DNA of 64,000 bases, taken from IMG/VR virus record IMGVR_UViG_3300035698_029829, positions 7,427 through 71,426 of that record; one strand, given 5' to 3'. Position numbers and translations under genes: made by a program. Position 1 is the stretch's first letter, and every line of letters starts with the position of its first letter. Positions 55,256-62,098 of the stretch are shown here, in pieces. Below the pieces are notes generated by a model. It saw nothing but the letters and a program-made list of their open reading frames with translations. It was not told where the DNA came from and did no database searches. The DNA is from a virus. Taxonomy: Duplodnaviria > Heunggongvirae > Uroviricota > Caudoviricetes.

Positions 55256-56184
55256 TCTCTCACTTTAACCCAGGATGGCCGTCCCGGCAGATCACGCACG
55301 TTCAAGATGGGCGGGCACTGCTTAGCCTTCCACGCACCACGGTTCGTCAGACGCACGATCTCCCCATAAGCCTCGGACGCCTTCAAGGAAGGCCATCCAC
55401 ACTGGTTAACGAGATAATCCATAAGCTCGGTCTGATCCAGACAGCCTTGAAAGTAGAAAAAGTACAGAGCCTGATCCAGCTGTTCGTAGGGCATCAACTC
55501 GTCTTCATCCAACTGTCCTTCGCTCAACTCCGCCGTGGGCTTGCGCGTAAAGACTTTCTCGGGAATCATCTGCTGCGGGTACGCCTCGTTGTAGGCACGA
55601 CCCACCTCGTAGGCTTCCGTCTTGAACAAACATCCGATCACCTCGACGGCCCCCACGGTATCGCCGTAGAGCGTGCAGTAGCCCGTCAGCGTCTCCGAGA
55701 GATTGCTGGTGGCCAGCACGAGCCGATCCAACTTATTGGCCAAGGTCATCAGTATGGTTCCACGCACACGGGCTTGGAGATTCTCTCGTGCCACGCCCTC
55801 TACGCGGAACGAGCCCGTGGGCACATCATTCATCAGCATGGCGTTCATTTCGACCAGCGCCGCAATGGGAACCGTATCAAACTGGCACCCCAACGACACC
55901 GCCACCTGATCGGCGAGCTGCTTCGACTCATCCGAGGTCACGGCCGACGGCATGAATACCGCCAGCACGTTCTGAGGTCCGAGGGTTTTACACGCAACGG
56001 CTGCTACGAGCGCAGAATCAAAGCCACCCGACAGACCAACGATGGCCTGCGTGTAGCCCGCTTCGCGAAAGAACTGGTGCAACAGAGCCACCAGATCATC
56101 GAAAATCCTGAGCCATACGGTAGTCACGGGAACCTCCCAGTTGAGTCTGGTACCAAGTCTACCAAATCGACCAGGGTTTGTCAA
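55252..56184 (-). CDS. nadE: NAD+ synthetase (no glutaminase domain)
   Basis: GLSGGFDSA, ENLQARVR, TSN.SE...GY.TLYGD, FKTE, PTAEL..GQ.DE. Confidence 0.93.
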   Translation of the reverse strand: MTNPGRFGRLGTRLNWEVPVTTVWLRIFDDLVALLHQFFREAGYTQAIVGLSGGFDSALVAAVACKTLGPQNVLAVFMPSAVTSDESKQLADQVAVSLGCQFDTVPIAALVEMNAMLMNDVPTGSFRVEGVARENLQARVRGTILMTLANKLDRLVLATSNLSETLTGYCTLYGDTVGAVEVIGCLFKTEAYEVGRAYNEAYPQQMIPEKVFTRKPTAELSEGQLDEDELMPYEQLDQALYFFYFQGCLDQTELMDYLVNQCGWPSLKASEAYGEIVRLTNRGAWKAKQCPPILNVRDLPGRPSWVKVRE

Positions 56185-56192
56185 GAGTTTTG

Positions 56193-56269
56193 TGGTGGGC
56201 CGGGACGGGATTGAACCGCCGACGCCTGCGGCTTCAACGCAGCGCTCTACCGAACTGAGCTACCGACCC
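56193..56269 (-). tRNA. tRNA-Phe(GAA)
   Basis: Loop TT-GAA-GC, CCA. Confidence 0.9.
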
Positions 56270-56277
56270 ATGATAAG

Positions 56278-56348
56278 CACCGGTGACAGGATTCGAACCT
56301 GCATCGCGTCTTTTGGAGAGACGTTGCCTAACCATTGGCGACACCGGC
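56278..56348 (-). tRNA. tRNA-Trp(CCA)
   Basis: Loop CT-CCA-AA, G73. Confidence 0.88.
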
Positions 56349-56353
56349 AAAAG

Positions 56354-56491
56354 TTGTGGCGAGAGTGAGCGAAGAGGGAACGTAAAAGTGCTCTACCAAC
56401 TGAGCTACGGGACCCGAAGGCCCCGACGGGACTTGAACCCGCGACCACTCGATTTGGAATCGAAGTAGCCCTCTCCTGTGCTGCGCCACAA
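56354..56491 (-). ncRNA. YrlA-type Y RNA (permuted tRNA domain, acceptor closed by UUCG)
   Basis: TTGTGGCG/CGCCACAA, module motif, TTCGA-TTCCAAA-TCGAG, T arm, CGGGGCC-TTCG-GGTCCCG, D arm. Confidence 0.82.
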
Positions 56492-56501
56492 TTTCTAAAA
56501 T

Positions 56502-56576
56502 TGGAGACGACGGTCGGAGTCGAACCGACCTATAAGGTTTTGCAGACCTTCGCCTAAACCGCTCGGCCACGTCGTC
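56502..56576 (-). tRNA. tRNA-Cys(GCA)
   Basis: Loop CT-GCA-AA, U73, CCA. Confidence 0.9.
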
Positions 56577-56725
56577 AAAAGTAACGACAACTCGGACAGG
56601 CATCACACCTGCCATCTCCTCCGGCTGAGGGCGCATACTTGAAAGCACCAACCAAGCGCAATCTTTCCACTCCCCATCCCCTTGTGGGCTCTATACTTGA
56701 GCTACGAGTCACCGGGTTTAACTGT

Positions 56726-58117
56726 TTACTGAGAAGCCAGAAATTCCCGAAGAAACATCCGGCCACCTTCCTCATCCTCAAACTTCCCGTCAAGCTGCGC
56801 TTCGAAACAGGCATCCAGCACAGGACGAAAGTGCTTGCCTGGGTTCCAACCCAGATCCATCAGGTGCCGACCCATCACAATGGGTTTCGGGGCCTGATCT
56901 CGCACGCCGAGTTCTTCGATGCGTTCCAAGAGCCACGTTGCAAACCGGTTATCAGGCTTCAAAGGAGGCCGACCGGCCTGATCGCACGCGGCTACCCGCA
57001 ACAACCGATCTACGCGCTTAACGCGACGAGCGAGCCGCCGGATCGCCGAACTAGAGGCTTTTACCTCGAAAAGTTCAAGGGGCTTCAGGTGTTCCACAAC
57101 CAAGTCGCAAACCTCGGTGTCGAGGCCGTGTTCGTTGGTCAAGCGTGCCAGGAAGCTCCGCGTCGGTGCGGCCCCCGCCGCTTCGTGTCCCTTCGACTTC
57201 CAGCGTCCATCTAAGAACGCGGTCGTCTCAGGCTTACCAAAGTCATGACAGAGTACCGCCAACCCGACCACCAGGTCTTCGCGAGAATCGCCGGTGCGTG
57301 TATGCGCGAAGGCATCCAGACAGTGCTTGGTGTGTTCAAACACATCCCCCTCGGGATGCCACGCTGGATTTTGCGGGCAATCCACGAGAGCCTCGACCTC
57401 CGGAAAGAACCGAAGCCACCCTACCTCGCGCAGGAAGTCGAGTCCAAGCGACGGTCGAACTCCCCGCAGGAGTAACTTCTGCCACTCATCGAACAGGCGT
57501 TCCTTCGGCAGATCCTCGATGTCGCCGCGCCGACAAACCTCAACGAGATCGTCGGACGGCTCAAAGTCGAACCGTGCCAGGAACTGCGCCGCTCGTAAGA
57601 CCCTCAATGGGTCCTCCAAAAAAGCGTCGGGGTTGGGGTGACCGGGCATCCGAGAAACCGGATGTAACAGGCGTGCCCGCAGATGCGTCTGACCGTCAAA
57701 CGGATCAAACAGATCATCGGTTAACGGGTCCCAGGATAAAGAGTTGATGGTGAAATCTCGACGTGCCGCCGCTTCAGCGACGGTCATGGTTGGATCGGAG
57801 TTGATCTCGAAACCTCGGTGTCCGAGACCTCGCTTGCTCTCGCGGCGAGGGATGGACACGTCGACGGGGAAATCCTTCAGTTTGAGTACACCGAAATCTT
57901 TACCAACCAGGTCAAGTGCGAAACCATGCGACAGCGTGTCGACCAATCTGTCGGGGCTAAGGCCGAAAACCTCTACGTCGAGATCATTCGGCTCATTCTC
58001 CAATAGAAGATCGCGCACACAACCGCCAACGAGTAGCGCGCGTCCACGCGCCCTCTCTACGCTCCGGCAAAGGGAAAGCAGCGCTTCCCGCGCCGGAAGC
58101 CGATGAAGTGCTTCCAT
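56726..58117 (-). CDS. cca: CCA-adding enzyme/tRNA nucleotidyltransferase with HD domain
   Basis: VGGCVRD, DLDVE, RRDFTIN, EDPLRVLR, ERL..EW.K, H.EGDV..H, LCHDFGK. Confidence 0.9.
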   Translation of the reverse strand: MEALHRLPAREALLSLCRSVERARGRALLVGGCVRDLLLENEPNDLDVEVFGLSPDRLVDTLSHGFALDLVGKDFGVLKLKDFPVDVSIPRRESKRGLGHRGFEINSDPTMTVAEAAARRDFTINSLSWDPLTDDLFDPFDGQTHLRARLLHPVSRMPGHPNPDAFLEDPLRVLRAAQFLARFDFEPSDDLVEVCRRGDIEDLPKERLFDEWQKLLLRGVRPSLGLDFLREVGWLRFFPEVEALVDCPQNPAWHPEGDVFEHTKHCLDAFAHTRTGDSREDLVVGLAVLCHDFGKPETTAFLDGRWKSKGHEAAGAAPTRSFLARLTNEHGLDTEVCDLVVEHLKPLELFEVKASSSAIRRLARRVKRVDRLLRVAACDQAGRPPLKPDNRFATWLLERIEELGVRDQAPKPIVMGRHLMDLGWNPGKHFRPVLDACFEAQLDGKFEDEEGGRMFLREFLASQ

Positions 58118-58147
58118 GATGTTCTCCCTTCGCGTTAATGTTGATAA

Positions 58148-58221
58148 CTCCTGGAGAGGGAATCGAACCCCCGACATCTCGGTTAACGGCCGAGCGCTCT
58201 GGCCTGCTGAGCTATCCAGGA
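58148..58221 (-). tRNA. tRNA-Asn(GTT), C33
   Basis: U1-A72, G73, loop CC-GTT-AA. Confidence 0.9.
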
Positions 58222-58898
58222 ATAATTCCGTACCTTTTAGCCCACTTCCGAACCGCATTGTCGGTCACTCCATACCGTTTGCCGATCTGCGTGAATGGGA
58301 TCTTCTCGTCAATCAGATTCATGAGTTCGTCTTTCGAGGGCCACTCGACTTTTCTGCGCGCCAACTGAAAGCACTTCTGTGAACAGAACTTCTGCCTTAT
58401 TTTCTTAGGAGCCCCACAGATAGGACAGGGATCAACAGGGGCCTCGCGCTTCGGAAAGGCTCTCGACTCATCGCGAAGGCTAGAAATACGCACGCGATAA
58501 TCCTCGGCCCAGAGCGGCTCTCGCCCGTTGCTCCCTTTTAACGGGGCAACCCTCAGCGAGCACCAGCTAGTACCAACAGCCTCTACCGGAACCAAATAAA
58601 CCTCATCCAGTTCAGGACAAAACACCCCAAAAAACTCACACTGGCCTCGGTAATTTCTTGTACCTCGCCCTCGGTGAGCATAGCTACTACACAAATTGAA
58701 CCCTATCGCACCGTTCTTCAAGCGACCCGTCTTAACCTGAATCCGCACAAAAACGCCGTCGCGATCAAGCACCAGGTCGTAGCGTTGATTATCGCCGAAA
58801 GGAAACAAGACAACCTCAGCCGCCTTCAACAAAGAAGCCATCACAGCCGCTTCTGACCGTTCGCCTATCGCCTTCGAGTTCATCTGCACCTCCAACAA
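58212..58898 (-). CDS. PD-(D/E)xK endonuclease of the group I intron-associated type
   Basis: G..SE, RYDLVLD..G..VRIQVKTG; CPIC and C-terminal HTH; TAG stop is U8-A9-G10 of tRNA-Asn. Confidence 0.78.
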   Translation of the reverse strand: MLEVQMNSKAIGERSEAAVMASLLKAAEVVLFPFGDNQRYDLVLDRDGVFVRIQVKTGRLKNGAIGFNLCSSYAHRGRGTRNYRGQCEFFGVFCPELDEVYLVPVEAVGTSWCSLRVAPLKGSNGREPLWAEDYRVRISSLRDESRAFPKREAPVDPCPICGAPKKIRQKFCSQKCFQLARRKVEWPSKDELMNLIDEKIPFTQIGKRYGVTDNAVRKWAKRYGIIPG

Positions 58899-58949
58899 AG
58901 TTCTACGTTATCTTCATTGGAGGTGCAGGTTCGATGTTCAATAAATAGG

Positions 58950-59077
58950 AGCGGCGAGAGTAGGTGATAAGGGGTTTTCTTACCCCGCATTGTGCGGGGT
59001 CTTGGAGTCGAACCAAGTTGCTCTAGCTTTGGAAGCTATTGCTTAACCGAAGTATCCCTGATCTGTGCTGCGCCGCT
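58950..59077 (-). ncRNA. Y RNA-like gene with a differently permuted tRNA-Trp mimic
   Basis: AGCGGCG/CGCCGCT, module motif, CTT-CGGTT-AAG, TAGC-TTCCAAA-GCTA, T arm, ACCCCGCA-CAA-TGCGGGGT. Confidence 0.75.
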
Positions 59078-59097
59078 TTTTCGTATTCATGGAACAG

Positions 59098-59172
59098 TTC
59101 GGGAGGCAGGACTCGAACCTGCACATTCCAGCTTCAAAGGCTGGCGACCTTGCCAAATTAGTCCACTCCCGA
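59098..59172 (-). tRNA. tRNA-Gln(TTG)
   Basis: U1-A72, loop CT-TTG-AA. Confidence 0.88.
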
Positions 59173-59184
59173 TCAAAATCGTAT

Positions 59185-59259
59185 TGGTGCTCCCGAGGAG
59201 AATTGAACTCCTCCCTCCGGGTTGAAGGCCCGGTATCCTAACCGATAGACGACGGGAGC
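59185..59259 (-). tRNA. tRNA-Glu(TTC), C33
   Basis: Loop CC-TTC-AA, CCA. Confidence 0.88.
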
Positions 59260-59264
59260 ATAGT

Positions 59265-59339
59265 TGGCTTGGGGCCGAGGAATCGAACCTCGATTGACGA
59301 AGTCAGGGTCCGCCGTCCTGCCGGTTAGACGAGCCCCAA
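59265..59339 (-). tRNA. tRNA-Gln(CTG), C33
   Basis: U1-A72, G73, loop CC-CTG-AC, CCA. Confidence 0.85.
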
Positions 59340-59462
59340 ACAAAAAACGAGGGGGAAGGGGTTCGCCCTCCCCCCTCGGTGGTTTTCATGGCGACGAATG
59401 AACATATTTAATTGTCAAAGAACGAACTTTCTTTGCACTCCGACGAGAGCGCAGCATCGTGA

Positions 59463-59548
59463 TGGGAGAGGAGGGAGTTGAACCCCCGAAGCTCTCAACG
59501 AGCGCCGAATTTACAGTCCGGGTACACTAACCGACAGTGCTCTCTCCC
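59463..59548 (-). tRNA. tRNA-Tyr(GTA)
   Basis: Loop CT-GTA-AA, variable arm. Confidence 0.9.
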
Positions 59549-59555
59549 ATAAAAC

Positions 59556-59624
59556 GGGCAGTGCCTTACCACTAAGACGATGATCGTAGAACAACCAGCG
59601 AGATTCGAACCCGCGTTTCTGCCC
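59556..59624 (-). ncRNA. Minimal permuted tRNA-elbow RNA
   Basis: GGGCAG/CTGCCC from the two ends, T arm, TGGTTG-TTCTA-CGATCA closed acceptor, D arm GTCT-TAGTGGTA-AGGC. Confidence 0.72.
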
Positions 59625-59627
59625 TTG

Positions 59628-59703
59628 TGGTGTTCCCGGCGGGAGTCGAACCCGCGTTTCCGGATCGAGAATCCGGCTGCCTGGGCCACTAGCAGACGGG
59701 AAC
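59628..59703 (-). tRNA. tRNA-Glu(CTC)
   Basis: Loop TT-CTC-GA, CCA. Confidence 0.9.
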
Positions 59704-59708
59704 ATAAA

Positions 59709-59826
59709 AAGGGTAGCGAGGCGAGGTTGATGCGCTGCGCCTCATCTCCAGCGAGGTTGTTTTGCGCTGCGCCGGAGAACGCTTTCCCCATCTAACCGAT
59801 TCGCTCGAATGACCTGGGCCACCCTT
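59709..59826 (-). ncRNA. RNA with two tandem capped Y-module hairpins
   Basis: AAGGGTGGC/GCTACCCTT closure; TCTCCGGCG-CAGCGCAAAACAACCT-CGCTGGAGA and GAGGCG-CAGCGCATCAACCT-CGCCTC. Confidence 0.68.
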
Positions 59827-59855
59827 CTCGGCGTAGGTACTCGCGGCACCTCTTC

Positions 59856-59931
59856 TGGTGGGCGGAACAGGGCTCGAACCTGCGACCCTCGGCACGTCAT
59901 ACCGACGCTCTTCCAGCTGAGCTATCCGCCC
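59856..59931 (-). tRNA. tRNA-Val(GAC)
   Basis: Loop AT-GAC-GT, CCA. Confidence 0.88.
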
Positions 59932-59965
59932 ATAGTTCGTTCGATTGTCAAAGAGCAAAAATCAA

Positions 59966-59998
59966 AAAAGCCCGACTCCTTTTCGGGGCCGGGCTTTG
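59966..59998 (-). terminator. Intrinsic terminator-like hairpin
   Basis: AAAGCCCGGCCCCG-AAAA-GGAGTCGGGCTTTTTT. Confidence 0.55.
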
Positions 59999-60227
59999 AA
60001 CGCTTTGTTTGGTCGATGTGCGTTACATAGCCCCGCCCCCGCACTCATGCTGGAAATTGACGCAATAAAAGCGTCGCCTTCCGCACCACATGCGTTGTTC
60101 GGGTTTTCTGACTGCGTGCCGTAACATCTTTCAATCCTTTTCGTGCGGTGATTTTACGGATCACCATCGTTATAAACCTAAGTCTACCGGCTCTTGCGAG
60201 GTTTGTCAAGAACTTTTTTGGGAATTT

Positions 60228-60998
60228 TCATTTTTCTTCTTCGGCGTCCTCTCCCTTAACAGTCCCGGACTCACTTTGAGAAAGAGACAACGCCGGTTCT
60301 ATCGCCTCGTCCATCATCGTTTCCCACTTCTTAAAATCTTCCAGAAGACGAGAGATAAGCGCCCTCAGATCCGCGCTCGGACCGTCGGTCTTGTGCCAGA
60401 AGCGAAGCCGGTCGGTGTTCATCCGATCCCTGATGAGGCCGCGCCCCGTCTGGTACGCCCAAAACCGCCATAGCATGACCGATTGAATCAAATACCAGGG
60501 GTACCTGCGGTTGAAGTAATTCATCTCCTCATTGAAAGAGCAATCCGATAACAGGAAAAACGCCACATCAACGTGCGTCTCGACAGTCTTCATGCAATAT
60601 CCTCGGGCCATCGTATCGAAACTACGTCGAACATGGCTCTCCGACAAAGCGCGTTCAACGTTACGCTCGATCTCGCGCCTGTAGTCGGACCGGACAGCAA
60701 AAAACATCCCATCAAGGAAGTCACGCCAGTAAGGCGTCACGCTCGGCACGAATTTGGCCTCCCCATCCTTCGCGTACCGTGCAGCCCAGCGATCAAAATC
60801 CTTCTGTTTCAACGACTCACACCACGTCCAGTCGAGACGATATAAGGAGATCTCGGATTCTTCGTTGCCTTCACATCTGCCAGGCGTAACGCGCTTCACA
60901 AAGACGAGTTTGGGAAAATAGAAACGTAGGTTGGGTATCATAGTGAAACCTCCTTCACCGAACCGAAACGTTAAATTACGACCGCACCCTGCGGTCAA
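60228..60998 (-). CDS. Hypothetical protein
   Basis: Likely start MIPNL after GGAGG; promoter at 61035. Confidence 0.6.
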   Translation of the reverse strand: MTAGCGRNLTFRFGEGGFTMIPNLRFYFPKLVFVKRVTPGRCEGNEESEISLYRLDWTWCESLKQKDFDRWAARYAKDGEAKFVPSVTPYWRDFLDGMFFAVRSDYRREIERNVERALSESHVRRSFDTMARGYCMKTVETHVDVAFFLLSDCSFNEEMNYFNRRYPWYLIQSVMLWRFWAYQTGRGLIRDRMNTDRLRFWHKTDGPSADLRALISRLLEDFKKWETMMDEAIEPALSLSQSESGTVKGEDAEEEK

Positions 60999-61036
60999 AC
61001 CCTACGAATTTATCCTACTAAAAGAGAAACGCTTTA

Positions 61037-61447
61037 TCAAGAACTTTTTGGAGGCTCTCGCTTTTTTTCTTCGTCCTCGAAGAATACCTGGCCGCCCTCA
61101 ATTTTGAAGCCCAGGCTAATGAATTCAACGGGGGTAGCGACGTTGAAAACGATGATCTTCTCCTCGGGTTGCTCATCAGGTGGAACATCCCAACCACCCT
61201 CGCGATACGCCTGCGCCGCCACCTCCTCGAACTCACGTTCCAGCACGCTGGTGAACAGCTTCGTCACGTGTTCGAGGCGATCAACGCGTGCCTGAAGCTC
61301 GGCCGACGGCCGCCACCCCTTACCGTAAATCCCCTCATCGATCTCAACCTGAGCGTGTATGAAGACCCCTCTAACACAAGCCAAATCACTGGCTTTAATC
61401 TTAAAGGCTGCCGCCCAACGGCGACAAGCGGATCGTGCATCTCCCAT
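61037..61447 (-). CDS. Hypothetical protein
   Basis: SD GGAG. Confidence 0.55.
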   Translation of the reverse strand: MGDARSACRRWAAAFKIKASDLACVRGVFIHAQVEIDEGIYGKGWRPSAELQARVDRLEHVTKLFTSVLEREFEEVAAQAYREGGWDVPPDEQPEEKIIVFNVATPVEFISLGFKIEGGQVFFEDEEKKREPPKSS

Positions 61448-61460
61448 GATTCAATCTCCC

Positions 61461-61679
61461 TTAATCCCACTCTCCCTCGGCTTTAATGCCACCTGTAAGA
61501 ACGAGGAAAATTGGCACGAACACCAACAGAAATCCAACAGCCGCCAACCCACCTCCAATCCACCGAGCACCCAAGCTCTCAATGAATCCAAAATAGCCGT
61601 CGCCGACCAGATAGATCAGCGCACCCGCGCACATCATGAAAGTCGCTAACAAGACTAGTCTCGTTATGAAGTGCATCAT
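61461..61679 (-). CDS. Small two-TM membrane protein
   Basis: Two hydrophobic segments. Confidence 0.6.
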   Translation of the reverse strand: MMHFITRLVLLATFMMCAGALIYLVGDGYFGFIESLGARWIGGGLAAVGFLLVFVPIFLVLTGGIKAEGEWD

Positions 61680-62092
61680 CAGTAGCGCTCCGCTTGATAG
61701 TCATTCAGAATCGTCGTGTGGTCGAAACATATTTCGCCCATAGAATTTTCGATCCTCTCGCGGTTAAACAAGCCGATTGCCTCAGCGTCGCTTGCCGCCT
61801 TCATCTCGCCACCCACAGCATCGCAGATGAAGACCACCGAAACCACGTGTTTCCTGGGGTCCCGCTTCGGGTCCGAGTAGACGTGGAATTGCCGGACGAT
61901 CTTTACATCGAGGCTGGTCTCCTCCTTGGCCTCCCGCACGACGGCGTGCTCGCAGCTCTCACCCTCGTCCACGATACCACCGGGAATCGCCCATCCATGA
62001 GGTTCGTACTTTCGCCAGATGAGCACGATCTTATCTTTTACCCGAATGATCGCATCCACTGCCAAGATCGGATTTCCGTTACTATCCATCAC
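61679..62092 (-). CDS. NUDIX hydrolase
   Basis: PGGIVDEGESCEHAVVREAKEETS Nudix box; YSDP.RDPR. Confidence 0.93.
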   Translation of the reverse strand: MMDSNGNPILAVDAIIRVKDKIVLIWRKYEPHGWAIPGGIVDEGESCEHAVVREAKEETSLDVKIVRQFHVYSDPKRDPRKHVVSVVFICDAVGGEMKAASDAEAIGLFNRERIENSMGEICFDHTTILNDYQAERY

Positions 62093-62098
62093 TCCTCC

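Larger units (their letters stand above)
38202..59956 (-). promoter_or_regulatory. boxA-like antitermination sites G(A/C/T)TCTTTGA(C/A)AA
   Basis: Copies at 38202, 38338, 38514, 38721, 39251, 48696, 59411, 59944, each just upstream of RNA genes. Confidence 0.65.
15563..61046 (-). promoter_or_regulatory. Family of about 15 sigma70-type promoters, consensus CTTGACAAAC-N13-TAnnnT
   Basis: -35 box (tgtcaa on +) at 15580, 16331, 17321, 25797, 27430, 31374, 34513, 38852, 39667, 43882, 45727, 48153, 56179, 60204, 61035 (TTGATA); 17-nt spacer, often TG extension. Confidence 0.88.

Noticed and set aside
58212-58940. Group I intron around the PD-(D/E)xK gene
   Set aside because: No P7 core or interrupted host gene recognised; flanking tRNA-Asn is intact.
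32124-59778. GCGCAGC(A/G)CA repeats as a CRISPR array
   Set aside because: Dispersed over 27 kb, not regularly spaced, embedded in RNA stems; no cas genes.
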